This document shows positions 57,104 through 64,000 of a stretch of DNA of 64,000 nt, in pieces. The notes under the pieces are model-generated. The model was not told where the DNA came from, made no database searches, and saw nothing but the letters and a program-made list of their open reading frames with translations. The translations under genes were made by a program, and so were the position numbers. Where the stretch lies: contig CAVTHW010000008.1 of NCBI GenBank assembly GCA_963734625.1, positions 53,715-117,714 of the forward strand. The letters run 5' to 3'. This DNA comes from Bryobacterales bacterium (GTDB lineage Bacteria > Acidobacteriota > Terriglobia > Bryobacterales > Bryobacteraceae). The first letter of the stretch is position 1; every line of letters begins with the position of its first letter.

Positions 57104-57936
57104 TTCGCTGGAGTTTTGCTCTGGTTTTTTCGCTTCTGATGATCGGGGCTTGCGCCGCGCAAGCCCCGGATTGTTCCCTGGTTCCAGGGTGGACCCTGCA
57201 GGGAGCCAGGCGGACCTACAACGCCGAGAATCTTTACGAGTACATAGACGGCAACGCTGAAGGCTACCTGGTCTACGACTTCGTCAAGATGAATGGCGTG
57301 TCCTGCAAGTCGGGGGCGGTCACGTTCGATCTTGACGTTTCGGAAATGGTCGGCCCCGATTCGGCTTACGGCCTGTACCTCTCGCTTCGCGATCCACGCC
57401 GCCCATTCGACAAGATCGGCATGGGCGGGCAGATCCAGCCGCGCCGGGGAATGTTCGTCAAGGATAAGTACTTCGTCGATATCGCGGCCAATCCCGAAGG
57501 CGATCACTCAGCGCAACTGCGGACCTTTCTGACGGCGATGGAGAAGCGCATCCAGGGGCAGGCGGCGCCGCCCCAGACGCTAGGCTGGTTCCCGCCCGAA
57601 AAGCTCGATGCAGGCGGGCTGCACATGGTGCCGCAAAGCGTGCTCGGCCTGGGCATCCTCAAGAGCGGCTACGTGGCGCAGTATCCCTACGGCAAGGCGT
57701 TCATCGTCACCGAAGCCACGCCCGCCTCGGCGCAAGAAGTGATGAAGAAAGCCGCGGCCCGCTTCGGGCAAACCAAGCCCGCCCAGATCGCCGAGGACTC
57801 GTTTCAGGCCACCGACAAGTACCTGGGGCGCCTGTGCTTCTTCCGTAAGGGCCGTTACATCGCGGGCTTCGCCAACGTGGTGGAATCGTCCGATCCGGTC
57901 GCGGCAGCCAAGGCGCTGGCCGCCAGAATCCCGTAA
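57100..57936 (+). CDS. secreted lipoprotein of unknown function (possibly DUF6599-like)
   Basis: The GTG at 57100 overlaps the AKR stop (GTGA). LMIGAC lipobox. ..NLYEYIDGNAEGYLVYDF.. block. Confidence 0.55.
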   Translation: MIRWSFALVFSLLMIGACAAQAPDCSLVPGWTLQGARRTYNAENLYEYIDGNAEGYLVYDFVKMNGVSCKSGAVTFDLDVSEMVGPDSAYGLYLSLRDPRRPFDKIGMGGQIQPRRGMFVKDKYFVDIAANPEGDHSAQLRTFLTAMEKRIQGQAAPPQTLGWFPPEKLDAGGLHMVPQSVLGLGILKSGYVAQYPYGKAFIVTEATPASAQEVMKKAAARFGQTKPAQIAEDSFQATDKYLGRLCFFRKGRYIAGFANVVESSDPVAAAKALAARIP

Positions 57937-57953
57937 CGGATTGCCTCCGCGCG

Positions 57954-58451
57954 TCAAGAAGGAATGGTGATGTCGCCCGCCCGCCGGGCCTGCTGGGTGA
58001 GGGTCGCAGCGAGCAGTTCCCTAATCGTGCGCTGGAGCAGAGGATGCCGCAGGTCAGGCGCCAGATCGGCCAGCGGCTCGAGGACGAACCGTCGCCCGGC
58101 CATGCGCGGGTGCGGCACGGTGAGCTCCGGAGACCGCATGACGTCGTCGTCCACCAGCAAGATGTCGATATCGATGGGGCGCGGCCCCTTGTTCACCGCC
58201 CGCTTTCGTCCCAACTGCCTCTCGACCTTCTGAACCCGCGTAAGCAGCCGCAGGGGTGGCAGATCCGTCGCGGCCTCGACCACCAGGTTGAGGAACCAGG
58301 GCTGGTCTTTGACATCCTGGGGCTCGGTCTCGTAGACAGGCGAGATTCTGAGCAGGCGCACGTCGGGCCCCTGAAGCAGAACCAGGGCGCCCTGGAGCAT
58401 GTGCTCCCGGTTGCCGACGTTCGAACCGAGCGAGAGGTAGACGGTCTTCAT
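57954..58451 (-). CDS. folK: 2-amino-4-hydroxy-6-hydroxymethyldihydropteridine diphosphokinase
   Basis: YLSLGSNVGNR.., ..SPVYETEP...QPWFLN.., ..RPIDIDILL.., ..PHPRM..R.FVL.PL. Confidence 0.9.
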   Translation of the reverse strand: MKTVYLSLGSNVGNREHMLQGALVLLQGPDVRLLRISPVYETEPQDVKDQPWFLNLVVEAATDLPPLRLLTRVQKVERQLGRKRAVNKGPRPIDIDILLVDDDVMRSPELTVPHPRMAGRRFVLEPLADLAPDLRHPLLQRTIRELLAATLTQQARRAGDITIPS

Positions 58452-58462
58452 GGGCAGACCCG

Positions 58463-58786
58463 GGGAGATTCAACCACAAAGCCACAAAGACACAAAGAGA
58501 ACCATGCTGCCCGTTGTGCCTTTGTGTCTTCGTGGTTCATCTTCCTCTCCCTAAAGCGCAACTCGCCCGATAGGGAGATTCAACCACAAAGCCACAAAGA
58601 CACAAAGAGAACCCTTTTGCTCTTTGTGCCTTGGTGTCTTTGTGGTTCATCTTCTCCTCAAAGTGCAACTGGGTTGACGGGGAGATTTAACCACAAAGGC
58701 ACGAAGACACAAAGAAAACCCTTTTGGACTTTGTGCCTTGGTGTCTTTGTGGTTCATGTTCTCCCTAGAGTGCAACTCGCCTGATG
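58463..58786 (-). repeat. three tandem ~107-bp hairpin modules (units 1-3) downstream of the GxxExxY ORF
   Basis: Units 58463-58572, 58573-58679 and 58680-58786. Each has arms built from (CACAAAGN)x3 and its inverse, plus a ..GTTGCAC(T/C)T-stop stub. Unit 3 carries the real stop at 58765-67. Confidence 0.9.
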
Positions 58787-59166
58787 CCGTGCCGGATGAG
58801 TTGCGTGTTGAAGTTGATCAACAGCCCCAGACGGTGACCCGTCAACTTCAGGTACGTCAACACCTGGGCCTTGTGCACCGGCAAAAGCTGCTCCACGGCC
58901 TTGATCTCCACGATCAGACAGCGGTCTACCACCATATCCAACCGAAGACCGGCATCCAGCCGCACTCCGTCATAGACGACAGGGAGCGAAACCTGCCGCT
59001 GGACATGGCGGTCTCGCTTCTCAAGTTCGTGCCTCAGGCACACCTCATACACACTTTCCAGGAGACCTGGCCCGAGAGCGGAGTGAACGGCGAAAGCAGC
59101 GTCCACGACCGCGGCGGCAGCGTCATTCGCGGCCTCTGGAATCGGCTCTAGCTCTGGTAGGCCCAT
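58765..59166 (-). CDS. GxxExxY protein (PD-(D/E)XK nuclease-like, PDDEXK_3/TIGR04256-type)
   Basis: GLLESVYE motif, ..D.VV....IVEIKAV.. core, ..QVLTYLKLTG..LGLLINF.. tail. 133 aa. Confidence 0.85.
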   Translation of the reverse strand: MGLPELEPIPEAANDAAAAVVDAAFAVHSALGPGLLESVYEVCLRHELEKRDRHVQRQVSLPVVYDGVRLDAGLRLDMVVDRCLIVEIKAVEQLLPVHKAQVLTYLKLTGHRLGLLINFNTQLIRHGIRRVAL

Positions 59167-59455
59167 GACCGTTTCATGCTGCTCTTTGCGCCTTTGTGTC
59201 TCTGTGCTTCATCTTCTTCTCAAAGTGCAACTCGCTTAACAGGAAGATCCCACCATAAAGCCACAAAGACACCAAGAAAGCCATTTTGTTCTTTGTGCCT
59301 TCGTGTCTTTGTGGTTCATCTTCTCCTCAAAGTGCAACTCGCTTAATAGGAAGTTCCCACCATAAAGCCACAAAGACACAAAGAAAGCCATTTTGTTCTT
59401 TGTGCCTTTGTGTCTTTGTGGTTCATCTTCTTCTCAGAACAGCGCCGACTGCCCG
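59167..59455 (-). repeat. half unit + two full hairpin modules (units 4-6) between ruvB and the GxxExxY ORF
   Basis: 59167-59241 (one arm only), 59242-59348 and 59349-59455. In unit 6 the position of the stub stop is the ruvB stop codon (59434-36). Confidence 0.9.
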
Positions 59456-60450
59456 CCGCGGGCTACCCGGAAATGGTCGAAGGCCTTGGCCGTGGCCACG
59501 CGGCCGCGGGGGGTCCTGTCGATGAAGCCAAGCTGGATCAAATACGGTTCGTACACCTCCTCGATGGTGTCGGGTTCCTCGTCGATTGAGGCCGAGATCG
59601 TGTTCAACCCCACCGGCCCGCCGGAGTACTTCTCCAGGATGGTCAGCATGATCTTCTGGTCGATCTCGTCCAGGCCGAAGCGGTCAACTTCCAGCAAATC
59701 CAGGGCGGTCTTGGCGATTCCGGCGGTGATCCGCCCGTCCGCCCGCACTTGTGCGTAGTCGCGCACGCGGCGCAGCAGCCGGTTGGCGACACGCGGGGTC
59801 CCGCGGCTGCGCCGGGCGATCTCCTCGACGCCGCCATCCTCCAGATGCGCGTTGAGCAACCCCGCCGAGCGAACAACAATCCTTTTAAGCTCCTCGACGT
59901 CGTAGTGATTCAGCCGCAACACCAGTCCAAAGCGCCCCCGGAGCGGTGCGCTGACCAGGCCTTGCCGGGTGGTGGCGCCGATGGCGGTGAAATGCGGGAT
60001 CGGCAGCGAATGGGTGCGCGCGCCAGGGCCGGCGCCGATGAGGATGTCCACCCGGAAGTCCTCGAGCGCCGAGTACAGCATCTCCTCGACGTCGGGCAGA
60101 AGCCGGTGGATCTCGTCGACGAAGAATACCTGACGCGCACGGATGTTGCTCAGAATGCCCGTCAGGTCGAGCTTCTTCTGCACGATTGGACCCGAGGTCT
60201 GTTCGAAGCTCACACCCAGCTCGTTGGAGATAATGTTGGCGAGCGTAGTCTTGCCCAGGCCGGGCGGACCGTAGAGCAGCACGTGGTCCATGGCCTCGCC
60301 GCGCTGCCGCGCCGCTTCTATGGCGATGGCGAGGTTCTCCTTCAGCTTGGCCTGTCCGGTAAAGTCGGCCAGCCGCGCTGGACGGAGGCTGACCTCGAAC
60401 TGGCGCTCGTCGTCGAGGGCGGAAGGCGAGACGATTCCCTTTTCACGCAT
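59434..60450 (-). CDS. ruvB: Holliday junction branch migration helicase RuvB
   Basis: LYGPPGLGKTTLA Walker A, FVDEIHRL Walker B, ..ATTR.G..S.PLR.RFG... Confidence 0.95.
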   Translation of the reverse strand: MREKGIVSPSALDDERQFEVSLRPARLADFTGQAKLKENLAIAIEAARQRGEAMDHVLLYGPPGLGKTTLANIISNELGVSFEQTSGPIVQKKLDLTGILSNIRARQVFFVDEIHRLLPDVEEMLYSALEDFRVDILIGAGPGARTHSLPIPHFTAIGATTRQGLVSAPLRGRFGLVLRLNHYDVEELKRIVVRSAGLLNAHLEDGGVEEIARRSRGTPRVANRLLRRVRDYAQVRADGRITAGIAKTALDLLEVDRFGLDEIDQKIMLTILEKYSGGPVGLNTISASIDEEPDTIEEVYEPYLIQLGFIDRTPRGRVATAKAFDHFRVARGGQSALF

Positions 60451-60469
60451 GGGGGACCGAACCTTCAGC

Positions 60470-61066
60470 TTACCGTATCAACTCTAGCGCCCGGCGGAAG
60501 AACTGCTCGAAGCCGTCCACGGGCCCCTTGGCCTTGGCCTTGCGAACGGCGGCCTCGGCATTGGCGCGGGTACAGCCCAGGTTGACCAGGGCGCTGAGCA
60601 CGTCCTGGTCCAGGGCGGATAAAGTGGCCGCCTCGGGAGCAACGGCCGCGCCGGACGAGTCGAGAGTGTCCAACTTGTCGCGCAGCTCGAGCACCATACG
60701 TTCCGCCGTCTTTCGGCCCACGCCGGGGATGCGGACAAGCTGCTCGACCAGCCCCTGCCGAATGCAGGCGACCAGGTCCGCGGTAGCCAGGCCGGAGAGC
60801 ACCGTCACCGCCAGCTTCGGGCCGATGCCGCTGACGCCGATCAGTTTCTCGAAGAGCGTCTTCTCCTGCCCGGTCAGAAAGCCGTAGAGAGAGATGGCAT
60901 CCTCCCTGACGTGGGTGTGGATGCGCAGCCGCACCTCCGCGCCGGCGGCGGGCAGCGCGGTGAAGGTCGAAATGGGGACCGTGACGTCGTAGCCGACGCC
61001 GCCGGCATCCACAATCACCTGGTTGGGGTGTTTCTCAAGAATGGTGCCGTGTAGATGCGCGATCAT
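60470..61066 (-). CDS. ruvA: Holliday junction DNA-binding protein RuvA
   Basis: MIAHL.G.......VIVD.GGVGY.V and HhH motifs (GVSGIGPK.A, IPGVGRKTAER). Confidence 0.95.
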   Translation of the reverse strand: MIAHLHGTILEKHPNQVIVDAGGVGYDVTVPISTFTALPAAGAEVRLRIHTHVREDAISLYGFLTGQEKTLFEKLIGVSGIGPKLAVTVLSGLATADLVACIRQGLVEQLVRIPGVGRKTAERMVLELRDKLDTLDSSGAAVAPEAATLSALDQDVLSALVNLGCTRANAEAAVRKAKAKGPVDGFEQFFRRALELIR

Positions 61067-61081
61067 GACTAGCGTAGATTA

Positions 61082-61882
61082 TTGTACATGGCCAGGCGGC
61101 GGTTTTTCGTGGACGCGGTACGGAACGGGCGGGCGGAACTTTCCGGAGAAGCGGCCGAGCACCTGCAGCGCGTGCTGCGCGTGCAGGCTGGGCAGCAGTT
61201 CGAGCTGTCGGATAACCAGTCGCTTTACCTCGCCGAAGTCGAGGAGTTCCGAAAGGGGGCCGTCTCGTTCCGCATCCTGGATCGCCTGGAGGCGGAGAAT
61301 CCGGCGCTGCGCCTAACGCTGTTCGCCTCCCTGATCAAGTTCGATCGCTTCGAGTGGATCGTGGAGAAGGCGACCGAACTGGGCGTCGAGCGGATCGTTC
61401 CGGTGGTGGCGGAGCGAAGCGAGAAAGGGCTGGGCGAGGCGGCCATCAAGCGCATCGATCGCTGGCGCAGAATCGCGCTGGAGAGCAGCCAGCAGTCGCG
61501 CCGCGCCCGTGTCCCGGAGATCGGCGGCAGTATTCGACTTCCAGAAGCCCTGGCGGCCCAAGGTGATTGCCGCCTGTTCCTCGAAGAGGAGCGGGGTGCG
61601 GCGCCCATCCTTTCCGCGCTACCGGAGCAGGAGCGGCGGAGTTCTTCCGATGACGTGCGCCTGCTCGTCGGTCCCGAGGGGGGCTGGACGGAAGAGGAAC
61701 GGCTGACCGCCGCGGCCGGCGGATGGCAGCCGGTCTCACTGGGGCCGCTAATCCTGCGCGCCGAGACGGCCGCGATCGCCGCCCTTGCCATTCTGGTCAG
61801 CGCCTGGAGCGCGCGGGCGCTACAATCGAACCCATGGAGTCATTTACACGGAGGCAGTTCGTCGGCGCCGCCGGCGCGGTGA
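61082..61882 (+). CDS. rsmE: 16S rRNA (uracil1498-N3)-methyltransferase
   Basis: RRRFFV.., ..[22 protein letters not shown].., ..VGPEGGW..EE.., ..[11 protein letters not shown]. Confidence 0.85.
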   Translation: MYMARRRFFVDAVRNGRAELSGEAAEHLQRVLRVQAGQQFELSDNQSLYLAEVEEFRKGAVSFRILDRLEAENPALRLTLFASLIKFDRFEWIVEKATELGVERIVPVVAERSEKGLGEAAIKRIDRWRRIALESSQQSRRARVPEIGGSIRLPEALAAQGDCRLFLEEERGAAPILSALPEQERRSSSDDVRLLVGPEGGWTEEERLTAAAGGWQPVSLGPLILRAETAAIAALAILVSAWSARALQSNPWSHLHGGSSSAPPAR

Positions 61883-63042
61883 CCCTCGCCACGGCGCGCG
61901 GCTATTCACAGATCCAGGGTGCCGGAGAGCGTATCCGGATGGGCGTGATCGGCTGCGGCGGCATGGCCACCGAGCACATGCGAGCCCTGGTGAAGACGCG
62001 CGAAACCGATAACTTGGAGATCGTCAGCGTCTGCGACATCTTCGACAAGCGCGCCGAGGCCGCCGCCAAGCTGACTGGCGGCCTCGCGATTAAGGACTAC
62101 CGCCGCCTGCTCGATGATAAAACCATCGATTGCGTCCTGATCGCCACGCCCGAGCACTGGCACCACCGGATGACCATGGACGCGCTCGGCGCTGGAAAGC
62201 ACGTCTACTGCGAAAAGCCCATGACCCAGACCGCCGAGCAGGCCAAGGACGTGGTCGCCGAAGTCAAAAAGAAGAACGTCAAGATGCAGGTCGGCGTGCA
62301 GGGTTTGTCCGATAATTCCTACGAGACAGCCGCCGGCTACGTTAAGGAGGGCGCCCTGGGCAAGGTAGTCCAAGCCCAGATCGATTACAGCCGCAACAGC
62401 ACCGAAGGCATGTGGATGTACGATATCGACGCCGATGCTCGTCCCGGCCAGAATCTGGACTGGAAAGCCTGGCTGGGGCCGGCGCCCGCGCGGCCTTGGG
62501 ACCCGGAGCGCTATTTCCGCTGGCGCCGCTATTGGGACTACTCGGGCGGCATCGCCACGGACCTGTTCATTCATCGCGTCACGCGCATCATCAAGGCGCT
62601 GGATCTGACGTTCCCGGAGCGGGGCGTCGCCTCGGGCGGCAATTGGGTTTTTCCCGCCGAAGTCCCCGACACCTTTGACATGATGCTGGATTACACCGGC
62701 GGCCCCACGGTGCTGCTGGTTTCCACCATGGCCAACGACACCGCGATCGATCACGTCCTGCGCGGGCACAAAGCGACCTTGACGTTCACTCGCACTGGCT
62801 TCGCCATCCGTGCCCAGCGGCCTTTCGCCAAGGAAGTCAAGGAGGTCGAGTTCAAGAAGACCGGGGCGGAGGACGTGGAACTGCACCACCGTAATCTGTT
62901 CAATGCCATCCGGACTGATGAACCGCTTAAGTGCGACAGTCTGCTCGGTTACTACGGCGTGGTGGTGTGCGAAATGGGCGCGCTCTCCTTCCGCCGCCAG
63001 CGTTACATGAAGTGGGATAAGGCCCGGGAGCGGATCGTATGA
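61834..63042 (+). CDS. Gfo/Idh/MocA-family oxidoreductase with Tat signal
   Basis: ATG at 61834. [17 protein letters not shown] twin-arginine signal. [13 protein letters not shown]. ..CEKPMTQT... Overlaps the rsmE 3' end by 49 nt. Confidence 0.85.
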   Translation: MESFTRRQFVGAAGAVTLATARGYSQIQGAGERIRMGVIGCGGMATEHMRALVKTRETDNLEIVSVCDIFDKRAEAAAKLTGGLAIKDYRRLLDDKTIDCVLIATPEHWHHRMTMDALGAGKHVYCEKPMTQTAEQAKDVVAEVKKKNVKMQVGVQGLSDNSYETAAGYVKEGALGKVVQAQIDYSRNSTEGMWMYDIDADARPGQNLDWKAWLGPAPARPWDPERYFRWRRYWDYSGGIATDLFIHRVTRIIKALDLTFPERGVASGGNWVFPAEVPDTFDMMLDYTGGPTVLLVSTMANDTAIDHVLRGHKATLTFTRTGFAIRAQRPFAKEVKEVEFKKTGAEDVELHHRNLFNAIRTDEPLKCDSLLGYYGVVVCEMGALSFRRQRYMKWDKARERIV

Positions 63043-63074
63043 AAGGTCCCCTATTCCGCTCCTGGCGGCCCACT

Positions 63075-64000
63075 CTACAACAGGGTTAGGAGTTTGGTCA
63101 TCACCTCGAAGGCGTCGGCGATGTAGAGCACATCCGCCTTGCCGAGGGCCCAGCCGCAGTTCGGGTCCAGATTCACGGCGCGGCGCTCGTTGATGAAGCG
63201 CCAGCCCACCACGTGGGGCTCTTCGCCGTGGCAGCAGGTCGAGAGTCCCTTGGGATGCCTGGGCGTCGAACCGGTCTGCCCGATCTGGTTCATGTGAGTC
63301 AGGAAGGGCAGGACCGCCTGACCTTCGCCCGACAGATCCACCAGCGACTTGCTGCTGCCGAGCGAAGACTGCGTCTTTTGCACGAAGTCCAGGATCAGTT
63401 TGGCGGCCTCCTCGACGTGCGTCTTCCCGTCGGGCTGCTTCTTGGTCCAGCCCGCGCCGGCCACGAAGAGCAGGGCCGCATCGGGCCGGATGGTCTGCTG
63501 GCCCGCTTGCGGAGCCCGGAACTCGAGGAACGAGGTCCTTCTCGCCGCCTCGGGCAAGTCAACGTGCAGAGCTTCGACTGGGACGTCTGCCGCAACGCCT
63601 GCCCACGGCTGGTAGCAGCCGGGGTCGACCAGAATGAACCAGGGCCGGTGGCTGCGCTGGACCGCGGCCTCCATGCGCTGCCGGTAGTACCAGCGGGTCA
63701 CCGTCAGCTCGCCGCCATCGACGCCGACGCCGGTCGCGTGCGTGTCAATTCGTCCGTTCAGCCGCTGGGTCACGCCGGCCAGGCACCGGGACCAGCGCGA
63801 GGTCGCGGGGGCCAGCACCAGGGTTGGCTCGACGGCCCGGCAGAGAGCCTCCGCCGCGGCGGCGTCGCTCGCATAGCGCGGCAGCGCGAAGCCCGGCCCT
63901 GAAACTCCCAGGAAACGCGCCGCGCCGCACGACCCGATCCGCGTGGCGGCCGCAGCCGCGTCATTACCAACCAGTCCCAGGGCGAGGCTGGAACCGGGAA
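63075..64000 (-). CDS. electron-transfer-flavoprotein alpha-subunit (EtfA/FixB)-like protein, 5' end beyond the window
   Basis: ..PTLVLAPATSRWSRCLAG.., ..LGSSKSLVD.., ..QIGQTG..., ..NLDPN....KADVLYIADAFEV..L fit EtfA architecture. The frame stays open to nt 64000. Confidence 0.6.
   Translation of the reverse strand, partial: PGSSLALGLVGNDAAAAATRIGSCGAARFLGVSGPGFALPRYASDAAAAEALCRAVEPTLVLAPATSRWSRCLAGVTQRLNGRIDTHATGVGVDGGELTVTRWYYRQRMEAAVQRSHRPWFILVDPGCYQPWAGVAADVPVEALHVDLPEAARRTSFLEFRAPQAGQQTIRPDAALLFVAGAGWTKKQPDGKTHVEEAAKLILDFVQKTQSSLGSSKSLVDLSGEGQAVLPFLTHMNQIGQTGSTPRHPKGLSTCCHGEEPHVVGWRFINERRAVNLDPNCGWALGKADVLYIADAFEVMTKLLTLL

Noticed and set aside
58463-59455. CRISPR array as an explanation for the regularly spaced repeats
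   Set aside because: The ~107-bp units abut one another without unique spacers. Each unit is itself a long inverted repeat and includes coding-sequence stubs. No cas genes are nearby.

Overview
GC-rich bacterial chromosomal segment of about 60 genes. It most likely comes from an Acidobacteriota-type genome. Supporting evidence is a PadR + duplicated-FtsX 'ADOP'-type permease pair, giant CarboxypepD_reg/TonB-type outer-membrane proteins ending in RFRF, many Tat-signal Gfo/Idh/MocA oxidoreductases, and a GxxExxY gene. Housekeeping blocks are clear: NfeD-SPFH, yacL-like-ispD-ispF, serA with a class-V aminotransferase, hrcA-grpE-dnaJ, folK, ruvA-ruvB, rsmE, tRNA-Lys(CTT) and tRNA-Gln(CTG). The accessory content is more interesting:
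(1) An array of six ~107-bp hairpin modules lies between folK and ruvB. Each is tied to the 3' end and stop codon of a GxxExxY nuclease-like gene, and only one intact ORF remains.
(2) A 4.27-kb tandem duplication of a 1225-codon TonB-type OMP gene carries complementary frame lesions. A promoter + structured-RNA-like + terminator segment sits in the unique spacer between the copies.
(3) A 2.19-kb tandem duplication of a [Tat-oxidoreductase + HEAT-repeat protein] cassette shows a step in sequence identity.
(4) Both tRNAs are flanked by decayed mobile DNA. An IS630 copy with TA duplication splits a BrnA-type antitoxin gene. A 1.46-kb islet bracketed by 31-nt direct repeats carries a toxin-antitoxin pair and what may be an integrase stub.
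(5) A PurF homologue lacking the Cys1 nucleophile is divergently paired with a stand-alone GMP-synthase ATP-pyrophosphatase subunit.
(6) There is an orphan radical SAM/SPASM enzyme and an orphan ArsD.
Caveat: 11 of the frame disruptions I could resolve against a paralogue, or against the expected protein continuation, are 1-2 nt insertions; others are not that simple. Long-read consensus error therefore has to be excluded before any of these is called a pseudogene. All calls rest on reading the translations and the sequence by eye. No searches were run, and family names are from memory.
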